Origin: Acanthaster planci
Taxonomy: Eukaryota
Direction: 5' to 3'
DNA length: 64,000 nucleotides
Assembly (NCBI RefSeq): GCF_001949145.1
Contig: NW_019091359.1
Location: 1,500,540-1,564,539, forward strand
Positions 51,752-64,000 of this stretch are shown here, piece by piece; positions within the stretch are counted from its first letter, which is position 1, and every line of letters starts with the position of its first letter. The notes under the pieces were generated by a model. The model worked only from the letters and a program-made list of their open reading frames with translations, ran no database searches and had not been told where the DNA came from. Made by a program: the position numbers and the translations under genes.

Positions 51752-52880
51752 TTCTAAAGGCATTAGAGTGAAAAATCACTCTAAAAAGAGTGAATCCCTC
51801 ATAAGTCCAGTCCGAAAGAGTGAAAGTCACTCACAAAGAGTGAAAATCACTCACAAAGAATGAAAACCACTCTCAGAAATGATGTTTCATGGGGCTATTG
51901 CCTTCAATAACTTTCTTTTTAAACTTGGAAGAAAGGTTTCTCCTAACTGTACTTTTTGTGATAGATGTCCTGAAACTTTGAGTCATAGTTTTTAGGAGTG
52001 TGATCATGTTTCACCCATCTTGTCAGACCTCATGTCTTTTTCAGCCAAATCTCAAAGACCCAATTCAGTTTGGGAAATTTGAATTCTTTTTTGGAGTTCC
52101 CCATAACAAATTTTTGACTCATGTTTTTCTTCGTGCTAAGTTTTGTTGATATAGGTGTAAATTCCAGATTCAAATGCCTTCCTTTTTTGGGTAAAGACTA
52201 TTTTCACAAAATCAATATCATATAGAATATAAGATTGCTATCAAAAATCAAACCCTTGGTCTTCATTATAAAAAATGGAAATTTCAATTCTAATTCTGTT
52301 AACCCTAGCAATTATTTCAAATGGAGATGTATAGTGACCATCTTTTTACATCTCTTCATGGCCCCACTTTTTTCTGAAGTGTTTTCTTTTATACTTTCCA
52401 TTTATCTGCCGTTTTATCAACCTCCTTAGATGTGTATAATTCGCGCTTTTCCTTTCTAATATATGTTTTGCGTTTTTATGATCAATAAAAAAGCAAAACG
52501 AAAATCATCCTCAAAAGTTGAAAATCACTCTCAAAGAGGGAAAACGACTCTCAAAGAGTGAAAACCACTCTCAAAGAGCGAAAACCACTCTCAAAGGGTG
52601 AAAACCACTCTCAAAGAGAGAAAAAAAACACTCTCAAAGAAAGAAAATCTCTCTCAAAGGGTGAAAACCAGTCTAAAAGAAAGAGTGAAAACCACTCTCA
52701 AGAGTGAAAGTCACTCTCAAAGAGTGGAAACCAGTCTAAAATAAAAGAGTGAAAACCAATCTCAAGAGTAGAAATCATTCTGAAAGAGAGAAAACCACTC
52801 TGAAAGACAGAAAAACACTCTCAAAGAGAGAAAATATCTCTCAAAGAGTGAAGACCAGTCTAAAAGAAAGAGAGAAAATC
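51752..52880. repeat. Paralogous copy of the 20-bp aaagagtgaaaaccactctc array, split by a LINE fragment
   Basis: Same left terminus and flank as 32833; units at 51765-51875 and 52500-52880. Confidence 0.8.
51880..52500 (+). mobile_element. L1/Tx1-type LINE 3' fragment
   Basis: Decayed C-terminal zinc-knuckle FLFKLGRKVSPNCTFCDRCPETLSHSF*EC, ending in AATAAA plus an A-rich tail. Confidence 0.65.
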
Positions 52881-55260
52881 ACTGGGGTTGGATCTGGAGC
52901 ACCGATGCGATGGCGGAACAGGGTAAAGTTAGCCTTGTGGAGGATTGAGCGGGACTTGTAGCTGCGGACTGGATCGCGAAGTCCTGGAGGAATGGTGTCG
53001 AAATTTCTGCATCTTTTCTTTTTTTGACATATTTCAAGTGTTTGATGGTGTCGCGCTCGTAGAACTTGACCTTGGATGTAGTGGGCCCCCCGTAGAGCGA
53101 AGTAAGATGGAATTTCAGGCTATTCATGGTGAAAGACAACAATATGTGGAAAGGCTTGCGGTAGCACCATGTGAAGGAATATATCTCTTTGGAGTATGTG
53201 TGGTTCTGAAAAGAACCGGGAGTATATTCAACGTTTCAGACTGCGTGCTCAGTCCGTCGCCAGGAGACTGAAGAGATACTCATGATGCAGCTGTTTATAA
53301 AAGGTTACTGGATGCAGTGGGGTGTGACGAGGACGCTAGTGGAGGATTCAGCTGGTGCTCATGTGGGACGGGATCCAGCAGGTCAGTGAGAGTCAGTTAG
53401 GCATAGGTTTGGGCGGGGTGAGGTAGCCGGGGGTATAGGAGACCTATAGGCAGGGGTGGGGTATCCTAGGGTGAAGAGGACCCATTGGATGGGAGGTGAG
53501 CAGGGGTTGCCAGATGTCACTGATGGAGAAGCCGGTCTCTTGGGGAACGGTGTCATGCTTGAGAATCTCCAAGGCTTCTCTGGTGCGTCTTGGGTACCAG
53601 TGCTCGATGCTGGTGATGAGTGGAAATACTTGACTATCGCAGACTTCTCATACTCCCCCTTCCGGCCATGGGCTTCGTGTTCTTTGAGTCTGGTGGGGAA
53701 GTCCCTACCAGTCTCACCAATATATACTTTGCCGCATTGGCAGGGGATCTTGTACACCCATGGTCGGTGGTGCGCATCTTGTCGGTCCTTGTGGGATGTC
53801 AGCATGCCGCGGATCTTGAGAGGGGCTGTAAAGAATACCTTGATATCATGCTTGCTCAGGATACGCAGGATGTGGGGGAAAGTACAACCTAGGTAGGGGA
53901 GAGTAACAGAACTAGGGGCCTTATCTAGTTGGCTTTGGGTATAGGGCACCCTGAGGGGATCTCGGTCTTGGGTCTTGAGTCTTGATCTGCTAGGGCTTGA
54001 AGCCGTTGCGTGGCAATGCTATGGAGATGTGCAGTTCTTTGGCGAGGTGTTCCTTGTCGCAGATGTTGTAAGCCTTGCGAACGAGGGCTCGGTTGACAGA
54101 CGACTTGATTTTGGGGTGAGAGAAGGAGGAGCTAATGAAGTATCTGTTGGTGTGAGTGGGTTTGCGGTACACCTGGCGGGTGAGGCGGCTATCTTAACTT
54201 CTAGACACCTCAACATCAAGAAAGGAAATGCTGCCATTTCTTTCTTGTTCAACGGTGAACTGGATGCTGCTGTGGAGCCCGTTGAGGTGATCCAAATTTC
54301 TCATCCACATACCGGAGCCAGATCTTGGGACGATGGTCTGCCGTGGCGACGGCAGTCTGCTCGAATTCTTCAACGAATATGTCAGCCAGAACCGGGGATA
54401 TAGGCGATCCTATACAAGTTTTAGCTAACTGGTGAAAGAATTTGTATTTGTCCCGCCATCGGCAGCTGGTTGAGTGGACGCAAGTGATGAGGAGGTCGTG
54501 GAGCTAGTTTCGGGTGAGGTCGGTGCAATCCTTGAGGGTGATGTCGGCCTAGAGTCTGTCCATTGCTATGGTGGCGGCATCAGAAGTGAGGACATTGGTG
54601 AAAAGTGACACAACATCAAAGCTGGAAGCTTGGAAGATAGAGGAAAACTGGTCCCAGATCTTGATGCGATGCTAAGTCTTGCCGACCAGGAGATGGAGAA
54701 TCTTGGCTAGATGTCTACTATGGGGCGAAGTGGAGCGAATCTTGGGCTGACCAAAGAATTTTGGGGCACCTTGAAATGGATGGACGCAGCTGCCGGTAGA
54801 GTAGTTCCGTGGTGTTACCGGAACGGTGGAGGGATAGGAGCTTCTGCTACAGCTTCCTGTCAATTGACGCTGTAGGGTCCCTGCGGAGCTCCCGGTAGCC
54901 GTCCGAGTCGAGTATTTCCGAGACCTTGCGGTCATACTCAACTCTCTCCATATTTACCGCAGCATTGCCTTTGTCATCAGGGAGTATATGGATGGTCTTG
55001 TCTTGGCGTAGAGACTTGATAGCTGACCGATCTTCTCTGCAGATGTTGGGTTTGGGTGTCTTGTGCTTCCGGAGGGCTTGGTTGATCTCGAGACGGATCT
55101 CCTCGGCAGTGGACTTGTCAAAGTGACGGAGAGTGGGCTCGGTGGCTTGAATAATCTCTTCCGTAGGTAAGGACCGAAGGGCTAGCGCTAAGTTCAGGCC
55201 CAGGGCAAGACCTTTCTCCTCGTTGGTGTGAGGCTACAGTGTGTACACGGATTGGATTTG
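52881..55260 (-). mobile_element. Penelope-like retroelement relic (RT + GIY-YIG endonuclease + pLTR)
   Basis: GIY-YIG motif VYKIPCQCGKVYIGETGRDFPTRLKEH; thumb YRKPTHTNRY; SFDVVSLFTNV RT motif; many frameshifts. The tail contains a new ORF start (MNSLKFHLTSLYG), as expected for a partial tandem copy. Confidence 0.9.
53225..53270 (-). ncRNA. Degenerate minimal type I hammerhead ribozyme in the Penelope pLTR
   Basis: Minus strand reads tctc CTGGCGA cg gactg agcacg cagtc t GAAACGTT: a CUGANGA-like box with one mismatch, stem II, GAAA and a palindromic AACGTT. Confidence 0.55.
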
Positions 55261-55339
55261 TTGGGGGGTACCCTTCTGTCCCATTTCGTGCCTGGTATAC
55301 ACGTTGGGCCAGTAGGTATTTTTCTATGACATCACGCGA

Positions 55340-55600
55340 TATGCCCAATCTTGTATTTTAAATATCATTTCTTTCATAGGAAAGGTCAACATATACCAGA
55401 TTCTTTGACCGTTCCCTAGTTCCTATTCTCTCTTAGTCAACCTGTACCATAATTTTGACCCTACACCTCATTGCTATTCATATCCTTATGATCATATTGT
55501 GCTTATCATGTGACCTTTTCCAATTTCTAGGCCAAAGGTCAAAGTGTGCCAGACTGAAACCCTCCACTATTCTCCGTAACACCAAATCCCATTCCAAAAG
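55340..55600. repeat. Degenerate tandem repeat family (aggtcaacctgtaccataatttt), also at 61830-62150
   Basis: gtcaacctgtaccataatttt and ttgctattcat are shared between the two sites. Confidence 0.5.
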
Positions 55601-55639
55601 AATTTTTAAAAAATGGTGTTAAAATTTAACACCACTGTT

Positions 55640-55800
55640 TTGGCAGCGTTCCTCCAAAGGTGCCGCAAAAAGTTGTGCCCATCTTCTCGATGCACAACTT
55701 ACCACAAAATTTGCATTTTGCTTTTCGAAGGCCAGCTGCTTCTTGATGGCTTGTAAAGCCAAAATGGATTAGCTGTGACAGGGACATGTTTTGAAGAACT
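55640..55800 (-). mobile_element. hAT transposase BED-finger relic
   Basis: LIHFGFTS..RKAKCKFCGK..GTT, then after a frameshift NFLRHLWR. Confidence 0.45.
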
Positions 55801-57862
55801 GACAGCGAGGGCAAGATGCGCACGGAAAATGGCTAAACGTGGTGCATGCATGTGCGCAGCATGTACAATACTTGTACCTATGAACTTGTATCTAAAAAGA
55901 TGGACAGGACTGTGGACAAACTCTTTATCTGAGCTCGCTCTGCTTATTTTTCCACTTCCACTTGATGCTAGTATAACCACTGTCATAAGGTGTAATACTG
56001 TCTAACAATGTAGCGGTTGTGCTGTTATTTGGTTGTGTAATTGTGTGGTTGACTGCAATAAACCAAAGTAAGTAATGAATAACAATCCAACAAACCTTAA
56101 GTTCAACCCTATACGTGTATACAGTACATTTTAGAGCACTCCAATAAAGTCTGATTCTATGCTCAACTATTCACCCAAATTTACACCCTTATCCTCGCTA
56201 AATGCCCCAAGTTTACTCGAATTGATCTCTTCAAGGTTAATATTTTATGATTTATAACTGTCCTGGAAAAAGGGGCGGGTCGGCTCCTGTCAAGGAAGGG
56301 GGTGTGAACTCCACCTTGGTGTGACGAGGTTGCATGTGTACCACTCGAGAAATGACTCAACACCACAGGGGTACGGTATGCTCTTGACCAGGCTTTTATT
56401 TCTTAGTTGTTCCCCAGCCCACGATGATATCAGGAACTATCATCGGCAGTCAACCAGAATAATATTACAGTAGTCAACACAAACCCCAGCCCAGCCACGG
56501 TAGTAAACGGAAAAGAAAACCCCCAAGCCAGCGTGCTCTCTACACCCACAGCCAGGCTACTGCAATAGAAATGTACATGTACAGTACATGAGTTGGTTGC
56601 ATGCATAGTGCACATACACACGTCAGAACGTTTCAATAACGATCATTAAACAGCCAGAAAATACACCTCGTAATAATTGATTTACTCAACTGAAATCTCA
56701 TTACCAGAAGGGATAAGCTACAAGCTTACCGTCAGCATGAGGATAGCGCACACATTGATCTCCCAAACAGGTAATTTTAGGGTCAAACTGGTCAGCAACC
56801 ATTTACTGTGATCGACCTCTGCAGCGTGGAAGATGGAGAGAGTGAGAGCTCTGCTAGCAGCCAAATATGTACTCAGACAAAGTTATTCTGTTACTCCGCA
56901 AGTGGTCTATACAATTTACAAATAGGTAAACAACTGATCCCCTTAAAATATCCCATACAGCCCAAAAAGGAAGCCCTGTTTACATGGACTGGAAGTCTTC
57001 ATTTCATACTTTCAAGTGTCATGAGCGGCACTACCTTATAGTAGGCGGATGTACCCTTTGTTTACAGGAGTAAGGATCTTTCTCCCAGGATACAGCGGCG
57101 GTCATGAAAGGGGTTTTTCCATGAGTCGCTGAGCACACGTTACATACATACTTGCTCTACATTAAAGGGCAAAATCCTGTTCTCCCACATAACAATTAAG
57201 ACCTAATACATACCGACTGTGTCGATTCTGGGGGAAAACTACAACTGTTTCTGGAATTACACGTTAACCTTTTTCGACCATGACATGAAAGTATAACATG
57301 CACGACCCTTGACCTAAGTCTTGTGAATGAATAAATGGGGGTGCCATATACAAGTTGTGCTAATAACAAGCCTGGCAGGTCGACATTACAAATATCATTG
57401 TAAAGATCATGAAATGTATCTCCATACGTTTCTTAATCTTTTTTTAAACTTTCTTTTAAAAAAAAGAGGATGTCATCATCCCTAAATAGTTCTGTGTTTG
57501 ACATACCATTCCAGAATTTAAGTCAAATGTAGACAAATGCCTCCGTTTTCGCTTGGTTTTGTTTTATTGTTGGACATCCCCAAAACAACTTAAAAATTAA
57601 CCAGCCCCTACTGGATCACCAAAACAAAACATTTTCAGATGGAGGCGTTTTCGGTCACTTCAAACAAAGTTGTGGCGCTGTGTTTTTTCCTCAAATGCAA
57701 AAGCCAAGAAGAGCTAGCCTAATGCGATTCAAGCTTAAACTCAGGAATTCCAGGTTCCTCGCCTTAATACATCCATCAAGACTGAATACAGGGGACGCGT
57801 TTTCTGCACATTTTGCCTTCTAGAGATGAAAAGTATTTCAATGACGAAGTTAAAGATCTTAC

Positions 57863-57930
57863 CTTTTATGGAATTTGTCACAAGTTTGTTTGTACCTGTA
57901 CTCCACTGGGAGTGCAACGTCTGTTAAAAG
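57863..57930 (-). other. Putative non-coding 5' exon of MGAT4-like C (5' boundary uncertain)
   Basis: AAG|GTAAGA donor; homologous to 34521-34590. Confidence 0.4.
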
Positions 57931-59449
57931 GAATTAGGATGCGCCCCAAATTCCCCAAAGCACAATTTATTTTCAGATAGACTGTATTTTGTAATTAATG
58001 CATTATTTAATAAGGGATTTGAGAAAAGTTAAAGAAATTGCCAGACTGGAATCCTTTCTGTGTGATCTACGGCAAAATTTTTGCTATGAAATATGATTTG
58101 CATTTAGGGGAGGGGAGAGCATCGCTTCTGAATGTGACTCACTGACCCGAATCGGCAATGGCTTCCCCTCTACGCAGTGCCATTGATCAGGGTTGAACAA
58201 GGCACTACATTTTGGAATGTGCTGTGCCTGCACATAGCAAGCCGAATGCGCACTGAACCTTTGAGACTATTTATCAGTTCAGTATTGAGTACCGAAGTGT
58301 GACTTCACTGTGAACCAGAAAGTGCGGTGCAAACGAACGCAGTACACGCGTATGTTGATTCATGCGCTGGTTCTCCGTGATGCTATTTACACACATTGAT
58401 CTCCATTATGCTAGACAAATGTTTACACATACAATTTTGCGCGTGACGTGTTCATTTCCGTACCGAAGTGTGACGTCACTGTGACGTCGAATCAGAAATT
58501 GCCTTCCAAATGGTTTAACTAAAAAAAAATAATTTTTAACGTCCGTAAGGGTATCCTTTCTATATTCTATGGTTCTCATTTCCGACCGACCCTATTTTGG
58601 GCTCCCGATCACGGGAAAAAAAGCTTTTTTTCTCCACTAAAACCGAAGGGACAAAAATGGCCAGCATAACCTTTGAAAACAAAAAGCCCTAAAAACTTAC
58701 GATTTCGCAAACGACCAACAGCGACCGTCGGCGTTCGCGTGAACATTCGGTATACTGCACCTTTCCGTGGCCCACTGAGGTTCGTGCATAGCCGTACACC
58801 AGCAACATGGATTTTTTTAAAGGATTATCCCACCGACCAACCTTATCTCAAGTGGTAAAAGAAACGAGAATTTAATAAGGGCGCCCCAATGAAGTAGAAG
58901 GCTCTGTATCAAAACTGGTAATTGTCTGTCTCCGGACAGACTGGCCGAGCTGGCCCTGGCTGAATTTCTTAATCCTTTAAACTAGTGTTTTACGTCCCGT
59001 TAACCTATACATGTATACAAATTTAAATTTAAATTCACAAATTCAAACAGCGGAGAGTTACCGTTGATCTTTTTTGTGGAGTAAATGTAAAGCAGGTGTA
59101 CCATTACATAAAAAATATGAATCCTGGCAGGCGGCATGACGTCAGTTCCGAAGTTAACACGTAGCAAAGCAGCAAATTGACCATTATGCTATGGAATAAT
59201 GTTCAGAAGTTCCCAGCCGGTATCCGACCTGAGAATTAGTACTCAATAGTCATGCGGGTTAGTGAGAACACGAAACGAATTCGGTCTACTTCACATACTG
59301 GTTTAAGTACTGTTTTTATTTCTCTTTTGTTATCATTGGGGTTGTAAAGTTATCATACTAATTTAAGAATTACTACAAGAGTGATTAACAGAAATTCGTT
59401 AAATGTTATATATGTGAAACTATTTGTCTGTAATTATTACTATATTTTA

Positions 59450-59870
59450 GTTATTTTCCTCCTCGTCATTTAGCTGAAACAGTCCGTCAAATTTAACAGA
59501 ATTTTTAGACATAACCCTATTCACGGCTTTGTTGACCTCCATGCCTTTATCAATTTTTTTTCGAGATCGCCCACAATGTCTGGGTGAGTTTCATTATCCT
59601 TCAAATGTAGGTAACTTGACAGAAACTCCTTATAGTTGTCAAAAGGTCTCGTTTGACTGTCCAGAGGGTCTTTCTGTTTGCCTTTTGCCTGGCCTGATGT
59701 TTAATCATGCCCTCGTTGCCGTGCTTGTCATATATTTCTTCCCGCATCTCCCTATTTGTTTCTCTAGCGTCAGCCAGCTAATCTTGGTAGGTGACATTGC
59801 CTTCCAATTCTAAACTATCTTCATACGAGATTTCGTCATCGTCTACCTCCTGAACAAATATATTGTACTC
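59450..59870 (-). pseudogene. Relic of an acidic/helical protein gene, possibly Polinton-like (copy 1)
   Basis: Translates with a stop and frameshifts as EVDDDEISYEDSLELEGNVTYQD*LADARETNREMREEIYDKH...YLHLKDNETHPDIVGDLEKK..DKGMEVNKAVNRVM..KFDGLFQ; inverted homolog at 61290-61560. Confidence 0.5.
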
Positions 59871-59879
59871 ATTTGTAGC

Positions 59880-60625
59880 TCATTGGTTGGGTTCGGGAGA
59901 CGATGCTGAGAGCACCCTTGGAGTGTTGTGAGTTGTGGCATCGTCTACTGTGACTTTGCAGACCAAAACGAGAGTGGTAGTCCTTGTTTCTATGATGCAG
60001 ATATGTGCGAGGAGGCCTGGGTGGCAAGGGTTCCTCCCCACCCTCTTCTCTGCTGCTCAGCTGGCCTCTTCTCACGGCCGCCCCTCCGACGCCTCTGCAG
60101 ACTGTCTGGCGCCAGGCACCTCAGTTTACAGCTTGTATCTCGCAGCTGTCTAGGGAGATATTGCAGGCCTTCAGATCACGTTTGAAGGTGTCTTTCAGTC
60201 GGAGTGAGGGGCGGCCAACACGTCTTGTGCCGGATGCCAGCTTGCCATATAGGATGTATTTCGGTAGCCTGCCGTCTGGCATGTGTGTCTCAGTCAGCGT
60301 AGACGGCGTAGACTCAGCAGAGAATACATGCCGGAGATATTGGCACGCTGTAGAATGTCACTAGGCACTTGAGACATCGCATGTGGAAGATGTTAAGCCG
60401 GTGCTGCTGTCTCATGTAGGTAGTCCAGGACTCACTACCAGAGAATAAGGTACTGCGAACACAAGCCTGGCAGACTCAGATCTTGGTGTGTTCTGTCAGA
60501 GCGTTGTTCTACCATACCCTCTTGGTCAGCCTCGCTATGATGGTGTTTGTCTTTCTGAGTCGTTTGTCAAGTTCAACATCGAGTGACAGGTTATTGCTTA
60601 CAGTCGAACCCAAATAGGTACCAGG
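59880..60625 (-). mobile_element. RTE-clade LINE 3' fragment
   Basis: TYLGSTVSNNLSLDVELDKR, MPDGRLPKYILYGKLASGTRRVGRPSLRLKDTFKRDLK, terminal HSRFGLQSHSRRC. Confidence 0.85.
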
Positions 60626-61250
60626 ACCAGGTTGACTGAAGACTTGATCTTGGGGTGACGGAGGAACGCTGTGGAGGTATCTGTCTATGTGGGAGGTTTC
60701 CGGTATACTCGGCAGGTGAGACTGCCACCCTTCTTTCTGGGTACCTCAACATCGAGAAATAAAATGTTGCCGAATTTTTCTTGTTCCACTGCGAACTGGA
60801 CGTTGCTGTGAAGCCCATTTAGGTGATCTACGAAGAGCTGGAGGTTATCATACCCATGCTGCCAGATGACGATGGTATCGTCTACATACCAGAGACAAAT
60901 CTTTCTTGAGAATGTGGTAGCAGCTGGAGTCAAGAATGTCTGCTACCTTGCGGTCATACTCTGTCTTGTCCATGACCACTGTGACGTTGCCCTTGTCAGC
61001 CTGGAGGATGTGGATGGTCTTATCTTGGCGTAGCGATGTTATAGCTGACCGGTCTTGTCTTGAGAGATTGGGCTTGGCTGGCTTGTGTTTCAGGAGGGCT
61101 TGGTTGATTTGCAGGCGGATCTCGTTGAATGTAAACTTGTCGAGGAGGCGAATGGCTGGTTCGGTGCACGTGTGGAGCTGTGTGGAGCTGCGGCGTTTGG
61201 TGATCTTGAGGAACTGTTTGACTTGGCGGGGTTTCCCTGAAATTCGGAGA
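60626..61250 (-). mobile_element. Second Penelope-like relic (internally deleted RT)
   Basis: NLSRQDRSAITSLRQDKTIHILQADKGNVTVVMDKTEY, WYVDDTIVIW, FLDVEV..VYRKP; related to 52881-55260. Confidence 0.85.
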
Positions 61251-61289
61251 TAAAACTTCCAAGATTCAACGTGAATGCTATTTTCACGC

Positions 61290-61560
61290 TCAAACCCTAT
61301 GCGTGTCACCATCGTGAGAAAAGCTTTGGACGAAAATAAATTTCTACAGAGGCACGTAGCATATATCCACGCTGAAGAGGAATCAGACATGAATGAAGTT
61401 GACGATGATTCGGAATCTTTTGAGGAGGTTGATGATGACACCTCGGATGAAGATTCAGAATGGGAACACAATGCCATGCACCTACCAAGATTGGCTGGCT
61501 GAAGACAAAGAAACGATTCGGCAGATGTGGGATGAAAAATATGACAAGTACATACCATAT
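61290..61560 (+). pseudogene. Relic of a C2H2 zinc finger + acidic protein gene (copy 2)
   Basis: KPYACHHREKSFGRK / FLQRHVAYIH, an acidic tract, then TYQDWLAEDKETIRQMWDEKYDKY, read across frameshifts. Confidence 0.5.
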
Positions 61561-63181
61561 GCATGTACAGGGTAACGGGACGTTAAACACTAGTTGAAAG
61601 GATTAAGAAATTCAGCCAGGTCCACCTCGGTTTCTTCCTGTATCGAGCAGATTATCTCGGTAACCACAGTAGCCGAACGCAAGGCCATTAGCGTGTGCCC
61701 GCCCTCTCTCGTTTAGTGTTCTAGGATTAATTATCAGAACTAAGTTCACTCCGGAGTACACACTAGCCACCACACAACGCCGCGTGCAGCCCACGATTTG
61801 TCCGAAAGATGATACCCCTTTACCCGGCATTGCGCACAGTCCTTTTCTCCAAGAGATTATCCTCATCACCCGGTGCCGCATATAGCCAATTGTCCACCTA
61901 ATTGTATCATCAAATTGCGTCCTGTCCTGCAATTTTTTACCACAGAAAGGTCAAACTGTGCCACAATTTCTGATGTTCTAGTCGTCCCTGACAAAGGGAC
62001 ATTCTGTGTCAATTTTTCACCCATTCCTCGTTGCTATTCATTTCTAATCATACAAAAAGTCGAACTGTTCTTGAATTTTTACCCTACCCTCATTCTTATT
62101 TATTTCTAACCAAGCAAAAGGTCAACCTGTACCATAATTTTTATCCCACGTCTGTACACGCAAACTCGGTCCGTGCGGTTGCACAATTATCGCTATACTA
62201 GATTATTAGTTACTGCAATTAAGGCTCTTTTTGAACTGATTCAAACAACTTTGAAGGGGCCTTGTGTAGGGGGGTCACAAACAGTAGCTTTTTTAAAGAA
62301 CATATAATGTAAAAATTGTGCATATATTTCATATCTTTTTGCAAGATTTATAAGCTCTTGAAAAGACTTCAAAAAGAAGGCAATTCAAAGCATTCTGTAG
62401 ATTATTTCTTGTGACCGTCCAGAAGTACTGTTTTTGTACTTACATGATAGAGTATTTTGGAGTACTGAAATGAACAAAAACACAAATACTTTTAAAAAGT
62501 TGTTCAGGCCATTGTTTTATTTTACGCAGCATGCAAAGGATATGACTCATTCAAACTCAGTGAACTTCTATTTTAAAAGTAATTCAAATTCCTGAATCCT
62601 CATTTGTAACAAAAATCTACAGAACTTATTTAATTTACTTGGTTTTATGAAATAAGACTTTAAAGTTGTATATACAATTTACATGGAAAGAAAATTCAGT
62701 GTACATGTAAATGGTCCTCTGGATAAACTGGAGGGAATGGAAAATAATTTATTTCAATGTGTATAATACATGTAAAATATATGAATATTTGAAATCATTA
62801 ATAAGTAGTTTGGTTCATCTACTGCACTTGCAATGTCCTTTGAAAATGAAAGGCATGTCTACATGAAATAAATATTCCCTTTTCAGGTTAAAGGCGTCAT
62901 GTACACGACAATAGTGGGCAGTAAAACATTTTGCCTTTTTATACGTGTATTTTGGAAGGGTTCAGAAGTGATGATCCAGTGGGCAAAGGTCGTGCCTGTC
63001 CAAAGAGCAAGAGCCAGGGGAAGGCAGTTATATGTTTTATATTTCAACCTTGAAAATGTTTATAGAAAGCCCCCAAATGTGGTCTCATCCACCAGAAAAA
63101 CCATAGAAGCTACGTAAATGCAAGAATCACCCCCCCAAAAAATCTGGATATCCTTGGATTTTATTTCATGGCATTCAATGC

Positions 63182-63347
63182 CTGTTCTTTTTTTACACTT
63201 TTCCAACGCTGCAGTTCGTAAAGTCACCGGTGCCTTTGCAGCAGTTTCTTTCTCAGCGTTCTCTCGCTTACAAATTTTCAAAGCCTCATATAATCTTTTA
63301 AATCATCCAAAAGCTGATTGCGTTTCTTGTGAGGAGATGAGATGTTA
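63182..63347 (-). mobile_element. Possible decayed PIF/Harbinger Myb-SANT accessory gene exon
   Basis: KRNQLLDDLKDY / KRENAEKETAAKAPVTLRTAALEKCKKRT with one frameshift and an upstream ttttcag acceptor; resemblance judged by eye only. Confidence 0.25.
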
Positions 63348-64000
63348 CTGAAAATCGATGGAACAAAATCCGGCAACAGAGGATTTTTACTCTGTTTCCA
63401 TGCATAAGGAAGACAAGATGTTTATTTTTCAACCTCCCCCCCAAGTATGACACTCCACATTAAAGGTACAATACTGATAAAAACTTGTGGACAGTCATGG
63501 TAAGTTGCCTCACTTTAAGGGCATGATGATGCCCACACCTTCCACCGGATACAAAGTCCCCTCAACTCCCCCTCATTATTCATGATTCATGACATTAGGC
63601 AATTCAGTGGGGGATATCTCCATGAAAATATTGTGTGTACTAGCTGTATGTTCAATGAAATGAGATCAGATGAGATCACTTTCAACTTGAATGAAAAATA
63701 CTAACAAGACGAGGAAAATCGATCCAAAATACTCAAACAAAATATTAAAGGCGTTCTCTCGTTTGTCTATAAAGAGGGAGGATACAGTTTGGTCCACTGC
63801 CACTTATATCGGTGGTGTTTTGTACAAATTTACACGCGGTGTCAATAACACTCAGCAACGGAAAAAATTAATCCTGTTCTTCCACAAGACTAAGGGAATA
63901 CTCCCGAAATTATACTAGGGATGAAATGTAACCCAGGAATTTTTCAAGTGAAGATTTCGCAAGTAAATACATGCAGTGGTTGAGCCTCAACAAAGACAAG

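Noticed and set aside
58550..58888. Possible Harbinger-type MITE
   Set aside because: Terminal inverted repeats are too degenerate to support by eye.

Overview
Eukaryotic, intron-containing genomic DNA with three N-gaps, probably from a marine invertebrate deuterostome (inferred from repeat families and gene content, not provable here). No prokaryotic features. The left ~23 kb carries the 5' part of an LRRK2-like gene on the minus strand: nine coding exons of the armadillo region, continuing off the window's left edge. The region ~26-58 kb holds three four-exon MGAT4/GnT-IV-like (GT54) type II membrane glycosyltransferase genes. A (minus) and C (minus) are products of a segmental duplication, with a likely gene-conversion tract. 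B (plus) lies inverted between them, has an intact reading frame, and has lost the EDD/DDD metal-binding motif, making it a candidate pseudoenzyme. All three end right after the catalytic domain, without the C-terminal lectin domain. The rest is repeats: MITEs, a Tc1 relic, Penelope relics (one with a degenerate hammerhead ribozyme), RTE and L1/Tx1 fragments, a HINE-like element, a foldback-like 20-bp array, and an inverted pair of zinc-finger gene relics. All exon models were built by eye from splice signals and frame, and all family assignments are by motif recognition rather than database search.
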